A DNA stretch of 64,000 nt from the human T2T-CHM13v2.0 reference genome, Homo sapiens, in NCBI RefSeq assembly GCF_009914755.1, contig NC_060932.1; one strand, 5' to 3'. This document shows, piece after piece, positions 12,546 through 30,310 of the stretch. The notes beneath the pieces are model-generated. The model was not told where the DNA came from and ran no database searches. It was given only the letters and a program-made list of their open reading frames with translations. Numbering within the stretch: the first letter of the stretch is position 1; each line of letters opens with the position of its first letter. The position numbers and the translations under genes are program-made.

Positions 12546-13530
12546 ACTTTCCAGCTTCTTTTCCTCCTTTTTGTCTTGCCCTCTCTTCCTTCCCCTCATC
12601 CCCTTAATAAGTATCATATCAATGCACATGGTACCCACATCTTCTTTACCAGCCAGGACCCTTCTTCTGCCCTCCCTTCCCATATATCCAGCATTCAGCA
12701 GGCCTCTCCACTGTGTCCCTTCATACCTCCAGCTGAATGCTTACAGAACTGATTCCATCCTCTCTTCAAAGGGCCTCCTTCCTCTTACTTTGAATCAGTA
12801 AGTCACTTAAGCTCTCAGACACCCTGATTAGAAAACTTGGAATCTTTTTGGACCCTGCTTATCCCACAGTTTCCACATTTAAGCAAGTTGTTGACTTGGC
12901 CTAATCTTCAGAATCTCTCTACCCCTTCTCTTTCCCATCACCCTTGTGCAACCTCTCATGCCTCTTATTCAGACTACAGCAATGGCCCCCTAAAGGGGCC
13001 CTGCTCTTTCTCCATGCTGCCTCACTTACTGCTGTTAGGCTCAACTCTGTTCCTAAAGCACGGTTCTGATTACCTTACTTCCTTGCTAAAAACCATTCAT
13101 TCCTGAGTCCTCCAAGCTTCAGTCTGGCACATCAGCAATTCTTTCCAATCTGACTTCAGCTGACATTTCTGTCTTATCTCTAACCCTCTCCCAACACTCT
13201 TGCAATTGACGGTCCAGTGGGGGGATCAACACTAATCCATCACCACACAAGCATGCATCTGTGAATTACAATAAGGACTCTGAATGAAAAGAAGATTATG
13301 CTGTCAGAACATAAAACTGAGAGCCTGATCTGGCCCATGCAAGCAGCTGATGAAAGGTTGGAGAGATGCAAACAGTGGGGGCATGCATGCAACTCAGAGG
13401 AGAGGTGGCAGGGCCCTAGAGAAGGTGCCTGATAGATTTTGATCTGTATCCCAAGAGCAATGGAAAGCCACTGGAGGGTTCTAAACCTGATGGGCAAGAT
13501 TAGATTTACATCCTTAAAAGGTGGTTGCAC
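12546..13530. mobile_element. Degraded L2 fragments in both orientations
   Basis: Pyrimidine-rich L2-like text (cagactacagcaatggcc, ctgattaccttact...aaaacc), then minus-strand agcaatggaaagccactggagggttcta. Confidence 0.55.
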
Positions 13531-13994
13531 AGCAGGTAAGCTCCCTGAGAAGGGGGGTCTCTGCTTTTCACACTTGGTAGCTCTCTGAGTGCCTGAAACA
13601 GGGTCTTCTAAGACAAGCACTCCATGAGGAGCAATTAAAGTGCCTGGACAAAAGGAATAAAAGCAGGCAAGAAGGAAGAAGAGGAGATGAAGGGAGAGAG
13701 ATCAGGAAAGCCAGGGAAATGGACAGGAGAGAGGGAGAAACCATTTAATATTCAAGGTGCATGTATAAAATAATGAGATACTTTTACACAAATCATCTAA
13801 ATATGGGGCTGACATTTCACAGCTATCACGACAAGTGGCAGAAACCCTATTGGAACTTAGCTTTGGAATTGTCTTCAGCAACTGTTTATCAGTTACACAC
13901 CTCAGATCTTATGGCTTTACTGTCAAATTTGATATAAACTGCCTATTTTTCCCATGTTTCCCTCATCATGCCTATACGTTCTTTTTATTTTATC

Positions 13995-14200
13995 ACTTTT
14001 TCTTAGAGACAGCGTCTCACTCTGCCACCCAGGCTGAAGTGCAGTTGCACAATCACAGCTCACTATAACCTCAAACTGGGCTCAAGCAATCCTCCTAACT
14101 CAGCCTCCCGAGTAGCTGGGACTACAGGTTCTTGCCACCATACCCAACTAAATTTTAAACTTTTTTGTAGAGATGGGGTCTCACTATGTTGCCTAGGCTG
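13995..14200 (-). mobile_element. 5'-truncated AluJ
   Basis: Right arm plus part of left arm; TSD-like ata(c/t)gttctttttat on both flanks. Confidence 0.85.
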
Positions 14201-14504
14201 CATATGTTCTTTTTATACCTCTTTATATTGTTTTCTGTCTTGGATTATAAACTCCTAGAAGACAGAGACCAGATCTTTCCTATCACCTATAGTAGGAGAA
14301 GCAGCTATTATGGCGCTGCGTGCTCTGTGGGAACTTCTCCCCGTTTGTGTAGGGGATAGTAAAGAATGGGGGGTGGGGGTCGGTGAATGAAAGGGGACCT
14401 AGGAACAGGGCAGGAATAGAGGCTTCTGTCTTCCTTTTTCTTTCCTTTGTCTAGTACCTAGGATGTTGAACTTCTAAAAATATACCAAGATGGAGAAATC
14501 GCTT

Positions 14505-14750
14505 TCATAAGAGCATGAGCTCTGGAGATGCAATGCCTAGGTTTGAATTTGGGCTGATTACCCATTAGCTGAGGGGCCTTAGGCAAATGACTTAACTTCT
14601 CTGTGCCTCGATTTTCTCATCTTAAAAACGGATTGATGCTACTACCTATGCCATATGGCTGTTTGGAGATTAAATGTGGATGCACTCAGAGCAGGCCTGG
14701 GTCATGGTGAGCACTCAACATTTGTCAGCTGGTTTTATTATTACTGCTGC
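14505..14750 (+). mobile_element. MIR SINE
   Basis: taagagcatgagctctggag...ggtttgaat...ttaggcaaatgacttaacttctctgtgcctc. Confidence 0.8.
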
Positions 14751-15946
14751 TAAGCAGGGGGGTGCTCATATTTGTACCTCCTCCAATTTCAAGATCCTTT
14801 GTTCTAAACAATTGGAAATTGCAATGATGAAGTTTGATGCACATTTTTCATTTATTCTTCCACAGACTTCAATTTGATGGTCCACAGAAATGTAATTAGC
14901 ATCGTGCAAATATTTTGGTCAGGACTAAAACTGCCTTCAATATTTAGCAAAAAGAACCAAACATAAGCGTCATCACGTTTTGAAAGCTGAATGTGAGAGC
15001 TCTGTGGGCAAATCCCCTCATAAGTGAGAGATTTTGAATAAACAGTAATTATGTAGCAAAAACCTAAGTAACAGCTGCAGGGAGTATTGAGACAAACAGC
15101 CTGGAAGTTTGTGTACATGAAGGATGTAACCTGGTGGAGTAATTTATTATCTGGGACAACGGAAATATCAACTGTATGAGCATCATCTGTATAGGAAATT
15201 TAGGAAATGAAAATATTTCCATGTCATCGTGGAACACTTATTACTATAAGGTTTACATTTTGAAAGTAGGTGTGACGTTAGCCAGCTGTGGTTTACTGGT
15301 ATGATATACAATGATGATAAAACCTACGTATATTTATCTGATATTGTCAGAATTGCTAGTCACTCCCTAGATAGAGTATGGTAGTGATTTTCCATTTTCT
15401 CATTATTTTTATTTAACAGTAATTTTTGAAAGGATTTTAGCACTTCAAGTAAATGGTGAGGAAACAAAGAACTAGGGAGAGAGGGAGAGAGCATGTGACA
15501 TACATGAGTGGGTAGAGATGAGAAAACAGTACAGCCGAGTGCCCCTAAGTGTAAAGATGAAATGAAAATCTTCTGTTTGCCTCTACTGTGAATTTCAGGT
15601 CAAATCTTTCCTTATTGAAGATTCACCCAAGAGACATCAAGATGACCTCTGGCCAGAGACTGAGTCATCTTTGCATGACATCAACACGACCTGCTTCTGC
15701 AGGCCCTTGGGGAACAGAGCAGAAGCTCTATTCCAGATCTAAGATGGCAGCCTGGGAACCCTTTCCAACCATGTGCATATAAGGATCTTGACACGGAAAG
15801 AGATGGTACAGTTTTCCTCCTTGTATAATTCATTCTGGTTATCCACACACCTAGAACCGTGAAGTTTATAATCTGCTCCTTTCTAACTGCTGCTTATAGA
15901 AATATATTTGCCGAAGTCAATGAGAGCCATCGGCAATATGAGGAAT

Positions 15947-16470
15947 TGAGAAGTGAAGCCAGCTGGACTTCCTGGGTAGAGTGGGGACTTGGAGAACTTT
16001 TCCGTCTTACAAGAGGTTTGTAAAATGCACCAATCAGTGCTCTGTAAAAGTGCACCAATCAGCGCTCTGTAGCTACTAGAGGTTTGTAAAATGCGCCAAT
16101 CAGTGCTCTGTAAAAACACACCAATCGGCGCTCAGTAGCTAGCTAGAGGTTTGTAAAATGGACCAATCAGCACTCTGTAAAATGGACCAGTCAGCACTCT
16201 GTAAAATGGACCAATCAGCAGGACATGGGCGGGGACAAATAAGGGAATAATAGCTGGCCACCCCAGCCAACAGTGGCAACCCGGTTGGGTCCCCTTCTGC
16301 GCTGTGGAAGCTTTGTTCTTTTGCTCTTCACAATAAATCTTGCTGCTGCTCACTCTTTGGGTCCCTGCCATCTTCTTTAAGAGCTGTAACACTCACTGCA
16401 AAGGTCTGCGGCTCCATTCTTGAAGTCAGCGAGACCACGAATGCACTGGAAGGAACCAACTCTGGACACA
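15947..16470 (+). mobile_element. LTR12-family (ERV9/HERV9) solo LTR
   Basis: TG...CA ends (tgagaagtgaagccagctggac...ctctggacaca), 4-bp TSD GAAT, tandem accaatcagc-ctctgtaaaa units, GC box 16227-16234, AATAAA 16332-16337. Confidence 0.95.
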
Positions 16471-17660
16471 GAATGAGAGGGTATCCAATGGGAGAGGGTC
16501 GTAGAAATCCCAAGTGTGAGGAAATGTGCGTGGAAGTAGATTTGTTGCACACTCCTTTTCTTTAGGAACCTGCTGCATATATGTGTTACACTTTTGTACA
16601 ACTCTGGAGGAAATGCTACTTGACCTGATGTCCTCATTCACCAAGAATTCAAGCAGGAAGAGTTGGATAATCCTTCCACATCATCCCAATTAGTCCTCAA
16701 GGATTGTCTTTTAATTTTTTGACAAAGCATTTACAGAAAAATACATAAATGAATGAAAAAATGCCTTCTCCTTCCAGCTTAAGTTGGGGTGTGGTCATGA
16801 TAAGACACATACATTTGTGAAGTGTAGGGCTATAATACTATATTTCTTCTGAGATAAGCAATGTGATAGGTTTTTATTTCTGCATCATTTTAGAGATATG
16901 TACAAACAAGACTCAGAGATTTAAGATTTCCAGAAGCATCCAAAACAGAACTTTTCATTCTCATCCCATTACTCTATGTTGTAAATCACTACAGGGTTAT
17001 TTTAACTGAAATTGCCTGATACACTGAAAAGTCATGTCCACTACGTGTAGGAGATAAAGAAAGGAAAATAAAGGAAAAGGAAGGAAGGGAGGTGGGGTGC
17101 AAAGGGAAGAAGAAGGGTGAATTATCCTTCACTGTCTCAGTTTGGTTTTTCCAGTTCAATCGCTGGTAGCCCAGGTGGAAGAGATGCATGGGGCTAACCC
17201 TCTACCCTCTGGCACTCAACAAATTAACTGAAGGGTGTTTGCACTGAGCTATTATGCCAAGGAAGAACTACTAACACAGACTAGGTTGGGAGAAATGGTA
17301 GTTTTGATTTACTCACAGCTTATAGCAGGAAGAACAAATTGAGTGAAACTAAGGCAGACTTACAGTTTGTTTGCTAAACTCTTGGCCAGCCAGAATCATG
17401 CACCCGTCATATTTACTCAGCTCTTATTACGGAGATTGCTCCAAAATTTAGACAATGCAGGGTGTTTTAAGTTTTTTCTCTAAAGCAATAAACTCTAGAC
17501 ATTCTTAGGTAGCAGTGCATTTGGATGGCAGTTTTCAAATGTAAGTATTAGAGAAACACCAGGCAATTGGCTTTTCAGTGAAAAGAAAATTGTGAATTGT
17601 GGTTAGCAACAGATAAAACTAGCCATACCAGTTACTTTTAAGACCTCTCTCTCTCTCTGT

Positions 17661-17917
17661 CTTTTTAAGAGACAGGGTCTTGCTCTATCACCCAGGCTGG
17701 AGTGCAGTGGTGCAATCATAGCTCACTATAACCTTGAACCCCCCAGGCTCAAACAATTCTCCTGTGTCTCCATGCCTGGCTAATTTAAAAAAAAAATTGT
17801 AGAGATGGGGCCTCATTCTGTTGCTCAGTCTGGTCTCAAGCTCCTGGCCTCAAATGCTTCTCCCACCTTGGCCTCCCAAAGCACTGGGATTAAACATGTG
17901 AGCCACTGCATCCAGCC
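17661..17917 (-). mobile_element. AluJ with internal deletion
   Basis: Alu dimer lacking the cagcctcc...tacagg part of the right arm. Confidence 0.9.
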
Positions 17918-18014
17918 AGATCACTCTTTTCTTAATATTCTGCAGTTTCATTATAATATGTCTATGAGTGGATATATATTTTTTAACCTGTTTGCAAATG
18001 GTTGTGCTTCTTGA

Positions 18015-18452
<438 letters not shown>

Positions 18453-18870
18453 TAATTTCCTCAGATCAATCTTCCAGTTCAGTAATTGTCTTTTTTCTTC
18501 TGCCATATCTGCTGTTATATATTAAGAAGCCTCTGATACACTCAAACAATGGAACACTGCTCAGCAATACAAAGAAATAAACCATTGATACACGCAGCAA
18601 TTTGAATGGATCTTAAGGGCATTATGCTGAGTGAAAAAAGCCGGTCTCAAAGGGCTACATGCACTGCACAGTTTTATTTACATAAAACTCTCGAAGTTAT
18701 AAAATTTTAGACAGGGAGAATAGATTAGTGGTTTTTCAGGGATAAGGGAAGGGGAAGGAGGCTGTGACTATAAAAGGCAGCATGAAAGACTTCTTTTGTG
18801 ATGATGGAGCAATTCTGTATGTTAATTTTGGTGATGGTGGTTACATGAATCTGTCGTTGTGATAACATGA

Positions 18871-18911
18871 GATATATATATATATCTCAATGGACAGGTT
18901 AACAGCATATG

Positions 18912-18953
<42 letters not shown>

Positions 18954-19020
18954 CATATATAGGCTATATATGTATATATATCTCTGTGTGTGTATATGCA
19001 TGTGTATGTATTATATATGT
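18871..19020. repeat. Compound (TA)n/(CA)n/(TG)n microsatellite containing an 18-bp-arm palindrome
   Basis: Directly visible. Confidence 0.9.
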
Positions 19021-19878
19021 TTTTAAATTTTGAAAGCACTGTTATAGAATCACAATAAATTGCAAAAGTAGTTCATAGACTTCCCATATCATATCTAGCT
19101 TCCCCCATTGGTGACCTATCAATTATAGTGCATTATTGAATTATTGAAGCCAGGAAATTGGTTGGCGCAATACCACTAACTACATTACAGATTTCACTCA
19201 GATTTCACAGTATTTTCACATATTCACATTTTTAATGTCTTTGTATATACTTGTGATTACATTTTATCACAAAGACAGATTCGTGTAACCACCATCACCA
19301 AAATTAACATACAGAATTGCTCCATCATCACAAAAGAAGTCTTTCATGTGCCTTTTATAGTCACATCCTCCTTCCCCTTCCCTTATCCCTGAAAAACCAC
19401 TAATCTATTCTCCCTGTCTAAAATTTTATAACTTCAAGAGCTTTATGTAAATGAAACTGTACAGTGCATGTAGCCCTTTGAGACTGGCTTTTTTCACTCA
19501 GCATAATGCGTTTAAGACCCAAATTGCTGTGTGTATCAATGGTTTATTTCTTTGTAATGCTGAGCAGTGTTCCATTGTTTGAGTGTATCAGAGACTTCTT
19601 AATCTTTCACCTATTGAAGGACATGTATGTTGTTTCTAGTTTTTGGCTATTACAAATAAAGCTGCTATAAACATTCATGTTCAGGGTTTTGTGTGAACAA
19701 AAGTTGTTACTTCTAATTCCCAGAAGTGTGATTGCTGGACCATATAGTAATTGTACATTTAATTTTTAAAGAAACTTCCAGGAAGGCTAATTTCCAGAGT
19801 GATTTTACAATTTTACATTCTTACCAACAATGTATGAGAGATCTAGTATCTCTGGATCCTTGTCAACAGTTAGCATTA

Positions 19879-20116
19879 CAAGCTGAGTATCCCTTATCTG
19901 AAAGGTTCGAGATCAGAACGTTTCAGATTGTGGGGTTTTTTTTCAGATTTTAGAACATTTGCATTATACTTACTGGTTCGACATCCCTAATCTGAAAATC
20001 CAAAGTATGAAATACTCCAGTGAGCATTTTATTTGAGCATCATGTTGGCACTCAAAAAGTTTTGAATTTTGGAGCATTTCAGACTTTGGAATTTTGGATC
20101 AGGAATGCTCAACCAG
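19879..20116. mobile_element. Tigger4a (MER46/Zombi-type) non-autonomous DNA transposon
   Basis: About 238 bp; degenerate TIRs caagctgagtatccc / aggaatgctcaaccag; preceded by TA; nested in L1M. Confidence 0.8.
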
Positions 20117-20750
20117 TGTCAGGGTTTTGTTGTTGTTGTTCTGTTTTGTTTTTGTTGTTGTTGCTGTTTTTTTTTTTTTAATTTTAGCTGTCGTAATAGC
20201 TGTGTAGTGTATCTTATAGTGGTTTTAATTTGAATTTTTCCCTTATGGCTAGTGATGTTGAACACTATTTCACATTTCACCTAAACATCCCTTTTCATAT
20301 ACTCACAGATCCCTTTTTCTTCTTTGGAGAAGTGTCTGATTACATCTTTTCTCTATTTTCTAATCAGGTTGCTTTCATACTGTTGAGTTAGAGAGTTCTT
20401 TATATATTCTGGATACAAGTCTGTAAATCAGATATGATTTACAAATACATTCCCATCCATTGAGTTTTAGCTTTTATCACTGTATTTTTTATTTCTTAAA
20501 GTTCTATTTTCAAAGTATGTCTGATCTTTTTTTTAATATATATATACTTTAAGTTTTAGGGTACATGTGCACAACGTGCAGGTTTGTTACATAGCATATG
20601 TATACATGTGCTATGTTGGTGTGCTGCACCCATTAACTCGTCATTTAGCATTAGGTATATCTCCTAATGCTATCCCTCCCCCCTCCCCCCACCCCACAAC
20701 AGTCCCCAGTGTGTGATGTTCCCCTTCCTGTGTCCATGTGTTCTCATTGT

Positions 20751-24568
<3,818 letters not shown>

Positions 24569-24631
24569 TATGATGTTAGCTGGTTATTTTGCTCATTAGT
24601 TGATGCAGTTTCTTCCTAGCCTTGATGGTCT

Positions 24632-25644
24632 TTACAATTTGGCATGTTTTTGCAGTGGCTGGTACCGGTTGTTCCTTTCCATGTTTAGTGCTTCCTTCAG
24701 GAGCTCTTTTAGGACAGGCCTGGTGGTGACAAAATCTCTCAGCATTTGCTTCTCTGTAAAGTATTTTATTTCTCCTTCACTTATGAAGCTTAGTTTGGCT
24801 GGATATGAAATTCTGGGTTGAAAATTCTTTTCTTAAAAGTTGAATATTGGCCCCCACTCTCTTCTGGCTTGTAGAGTTTCTGCCGAGAGATCAGCTGTTA
24901 TTCTGATGAGCTTCCCTTTGTGGGTAACCCAACCTTTCTCTCTGGCTGTCCTTAACATTTTTTCCTTCATTTCAACTTTGGTGAATCTGACAATTATGTG
25001 TCTTGGGGTTGCTCTTCTCGAGGAGTATCTTTGTGGCATTCTCTGTATTTCCTGAATTTGAATGTTGGCCTGCCTTGCTAGATTGGGAAAGTTCTCCTGG
25101 ATAATATCCTGCAGAGGGTTTTCCAACTTGGTTCCATTCTCCCTGTCACTTTCAGGTACACCAATCAGACGTAGATTTGGTCTTTTCACATAGTCCCATA
25201 TTTCTTGAAGGCTTTGTTTGTTTCTTTTTATTCTTTTTTCTCTAAACTTCTCTTCTCGCTTCATTTCATTCATTTAGTCTTCCATCACTGATAGCCTTTC
25301 TTCCAGTTGATTGCATTGGCTACTGAGGCTTGTGCATTCATCACATAGTTCTCGTGCCGTGGTTTTCACCTCCATTAGGTCCTTTAAGGACTTCTCTGCA
25401 TTGGTTATTCTAGTTAGCCATTCATCTAATTTTTTTTCAAGGTTTTTAACTTCTTTGCCATTGGTTCAAACTTCCTCCTTTAGCTAGGAGTAATTTGATC
25501 TTCTGAAGCCTTCCTCTCTCAACTCGTCAAAGTCATTCTCCATTCAGCTTTGTTCCATTGCTGGTGAGGAGGTGCGTTCCTTTGGAGGAGGAGAGGTGCT
25601 CTGATTTTTAGAGTTTCCAGTTTTTCTGCTCTGTTTTTTCCCAT
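24632..25644 (-). pseudogene. L1 ORF1p, disrupted
   Basis: ATG at 25644 followed by an early frameshift; fragment EIWDYVKRPNLRLIGVPE...ARREW at 24833-25273; ends HAKL*. Confidence 0.93.
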
Positions 25645-26219
25645 TTTTGTGGTTTTATCCACCTTTGGTCTTTGATGATGGTGACGTACAGATGGGGTTT
25701 TGGTGTGGATGTCCTTTCTGCTTATTAGTTTTCCTTCTAACAATCAGGACCCCCAGCTGCGGGTCTGTTGGAGTTTTCTGGAGGTCCACTCCAGACCCTG
25801 TTTGCCTGGGTATCAGCAGCGGTGACTGCAGAACAGCGAATATTGGTGAACCGCAAATGCTGCTGCCTGATCGTTCCTCTGGAAGTTTTGTCTCAGAGGA
25901 GTACTCGGCCATGTGAGGTGTCAGTCTGCCCCTACTGGGGGGTGCCTCCCAGTTAGGCTACTTGGGGGTCAGGGACCCACTTGAGGAGGCAGTCTGCCTG
26001 TTCTCAGATCTCAAGCTGTGTGCTGGGAGAACCACTACTCTCTTCAGAGCTGTCAGACAGGGACATTTAAGTCTGCAGGGGTTACTGCTGCCTTTTGTTT
26101 GTCTGTGCCCTGCCCCCAGAGGTGGAGCCTACAGAGGCAGGCAGGCCTCCTTGAGCTGTGGTGTGCTCCACCCAGTTCCAGCTTCCTGGCCGCTTTGTTT
26201 ACCTACTCAAGCCTGAGCA

Positions 26220-26360
26220 ATGGCAGGCGCCCCTCCCCCAGCCTCGCTGCCACCTTGCAGTTTGATTTCAGACTGCTGTGCTAGCAATGAGCGAGGCTCC
26301 GTGGACGTAGGACCCTCCGAGCCAAGTGTGGATATAATCTCCTGGTGTGCCGTTTGTTAA
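26220..26360 (+). pseudogene. L1 ORF0 remnant (antisense 5'UTR ORF), frameshifted
   Basis: Translates MAGAPPPASLPPCSLISDCCASNERGSVDVGPSEP then leaves frame; ORF0-like IRVGVTRFSRC continues in the 26345 ORF. Confidence 0.8.
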
Positions 26361-27085
26361 GCCCGTTGGAAAAGCACAGTATTAGGGTGGGAGTGACCCG
26401 ATTTTCCAGGTGCCATCTGTCACCCCTTTCTTTGACTAGGAAAGGGAATTCCCTGACCCCCTGTGCTTCCCGGGTGAGGCAATGCCTCACCCTGCTTCAG
26501 CTCATGCACGGTGCGCTGCACCCACTGTCCTGCACCCACTGTCCGGCACTCCCCAGTGAGATGAACTTGGTACCTCAGTTGGAAATGCAGAAATCACCCG
26601 TCTTATGCATCACTCATGCTGGGAGCTGTTGACTGGAGCTGTTCCTATTTGGCCATCTTGGCTCCACCTGCTATGTCTGATCTTTTTTCAGACTCTTGTG
26701 ATTTTTTTTCTTAAGTCCTTCTTTTATATATTTAATCCTTTAGATACTTTTAAAATCATTTTTATTCAAAAATTTTAGTGTTTAACATTCAAATTCTGCC
26801 TTCTGTCCAGGAACTGTTTGCTGACCCTTTTTCATCATATTATTTCCTTGTATGTTTTATAATTTTAGATTGCGAACTTGCCTTCATTAGAACTTAATCT
26901 TTGGAAATCCCTACAGAGACCATGTTAAGGGGATGTTCTTCAAGAGAGGCTTTATATTTGCTACTCCAGGAACATTAGCAGCTAAGCACCACGTTTATAC
27001 CATCCTCTCAACCTGAAGTTTCCTAGACTATGCCCATGCCATGAATTTGAATATCAGATAGTTTCATGGCTGTAAATCTTCACAG

Positions 27086-27119
27086 ATATACATATATATA
27101 TATATATATACATATATAT
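27086..27119. repeat. (TA)n microsatellite
   Basis: Directly visible. Confidence 0.9.
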
Positions 27120-28499
27120 TTAAACTCCTACTTAAAGATGGTGGGCATGTTTGCTTGTTTGTTTGTTTTAAATTCCACTGTGCCTCATCCTGCCTTCATG
27201 TTGTGGTTTTAGTTCTAACTTCCTGTCTCTAGGGCCTAAGGCTTTATTTCCTATTCCCACGCAGGGATTAGTATCTAAGCCTCTTTCCTGCAGCAGCTAG
27301 TTTCAGCTCTCATGTTGATCTCACTGGTTTTCATTTCCCTCATTATTTTTTGCTACCTGGGGATTTCTCTGACTTTATTGTGAGCTCCTTTTTTTTATTA
27401 AAAATATATCTTTTTCAAAAATGGTAAGTTTATAAATATTTCTCATTTTGTCCAATATTTTTTGTGTTTAGTAATGGAAAAGTTTTCAAATTATCTAGGT
27501 GAGTATTTTTTTCCCAATAATTGTTCATAACAAAACTTACAAAACCATATACTGAATTCTTTAGTTAAGCAACATTAGTATTTATAATGGAGATACAGGC
27601 ACTGTATGACCTTGGAAATAAATTTGCTTTGAGAACACAATTACAAGATTCTAGCTCTTGGCTCAAATGTCACATCTTCAGAGAAGGCTTCCTTGAACAA
27701 CTCCCACCTCAAGTCACCCTTGTTCTAATTTAATTTCTTCAAAGCACTCACACTTTCTTATTTCTTTGATACTTAAGATATTTTTATTGTACGTATCCAT
27801 CAGGTTGAGCATCAAATCAGAGTAGAGGGATAGAGAATAAGTTTTACCATCGAAGGAGTCACCTAAGATATTGGTGAGGATACGGACAAATTAAGTGTCA
27901 TATAGGTGACCAGGGATGTACGAATGGAATGTGATTTCAACTCCAAAAGTGAAATTCAGTAAAATGTATTGTATTCTATTTGAAAGGAGAATAAACTCAA
28001 CAAAAAGAGTGGTTGTCTTTATAGACTCTAGAAAAAAAGTCTGAGGGGAAGAATTTGGCAATGTTTCTCCAGGTCTGGCCAAGGTTAAGGCTATCTGGTC
28101 TAGGGCATACTGTACAAAGATTACTCACTGCACTTCTCTGCAGTCTGAATGAAAATGCCTTTGGGAGCATCGCTTTGATCTGATTTCACAGATCAACAGC
28201 AGGCAGCCATCTAATTAAAAATTTGGTTGTCCAGGTTTTCTGCATGGCAGACACGAGCATTTGGATCTCTGGGAAGGACTACCCCATTCTGTAATGAGTA
28301 AACTGGCATTCTGATTTATATATACATTTCTTGTGAACTTTGTAAGTGAATCAGCCCTGATCAGCCCTGATTAGTTCTGGTGCAACATCAAGTTCAGTAT
28401 TCATCAAGCTGAGGGTCAGACTGTGATGCTCAGTCAGGTCAACAAACCAGCCTCTGAGGTGCCCCCTCAAAGCTCACCCCTGGGCTGGCAGCATTGTAT

Positions 28500-28668
28500 G
28501 ATGCAGGACACTTAAAATTACTCGTTCCTGGCCCTTACTCCAGCCTTTTCTGAATCAGAATGGAGAGAAGGGATAGGGAGTGGGGAGGTGGGGAAGAGGG
28601 ATAGGGAATCTGTGCTTTTCACAAGCTTTGCTGATGGTCCTTATGCAGCAGATTTGGGAAACACTGTC
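28500..28668. mobile_element. MER5-type hAT-Charlie element
   Basis: ctgaatcagaat...ggaatctgtgcttttcacaagc...ttatgcagcagatttgggaaacactg. Confidence 0.6.
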
Positions 28669-29634
28669 CAAGATTATTTTCTTTTTCATCCCTCTTTAAC
28701 TGGAAGGTGTGTCTTTTTTCCCCCTTGCCCAAAAATAATGCCTCTGATAGCAGGAGACTTAATTGAGTTTAATGTGTATGTCTAGTCCTGTAAGTTTAAT
28801 TATCCCATGGGTAATTACATTTTGAAATAAGAGCTTGTTAGTGTAAACAAATCTCTGCAGCATTGGGGCTTTCTCATCCTTTGGAACAAGGAGGAAGGTC
28901 GGGTTCAGTTGTAATGCCCTTTCACCCACTCTCCTGCACCTGTCTCCCACATCTGGTAACTCTCTCCTGTCCTCTCAAGCTACAAAAATGTACTTCTCAA
29001 AGTGTTGAATGGAGCTGCCTGACACCAGCTGCCTCTATGCCTAATTTCAGCTGGCCCTGGAAGATTCCCTAGGAGATACAGGGATTCAGTCAGGATCCCA
29101 CGCCTCTTCCAGCCGCTCTCCCTGCAAGGAGCATCTACTTCCTTCTTTGGAAGGTAGACAAGGAACCAAGTTTATTATGTGGCCCTTGGAGTGCAATTAT
29201 TTTGGATTCCTGTTATTTTGGTGGGGAGGAGAGAGAATTTTGATATCTAACCTTCTACTTACTATTATTCAACCGGGAAAGAGAACAGGAATTAACAGAG
29301 GATGGAAGGACTGAATAAGCAATTGAATATGACTTTCACCCAAGAATCTGAGTTGGTGCTCTTTTCAGAATGGTTGTTTTGGAGAATATGTTTCTCCAAA
29401 TTAAACTGCTTCCTGGAATTCATATACCCATGGACTTTTATTCCATTTTGAAATATGCAAAATGAAAAGGCTTAAAGAGAAGCACAGGTTACTGACAATC
29501 CACAGGACCCAAGCACACACCATAGGTCTCTCCCAAGAACCAGTGCTAAGATTAGATCAATCTAATTGTCATTTAAACTTGATGTACATAAATGAGAATG
29601 GTAGCAACTCCTGGGCTGCAAAGAGTTTAATTAA

Positions 29635-30310
<676 letters not shown>

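Noticed and set aside
16020-16220. Regularly spaced repeats resembling a CRISPR array
   Set aside because: These are the tandem CCAAT units of LTR12, with no unique spacers, in a eukaryotic context
28350-28371. Short tandem duplications (atcagccctg x2, and similar ones near 35170, 55273 and 58030)
   Set aside because: Ordinary slippage products, common in mammalian DNA
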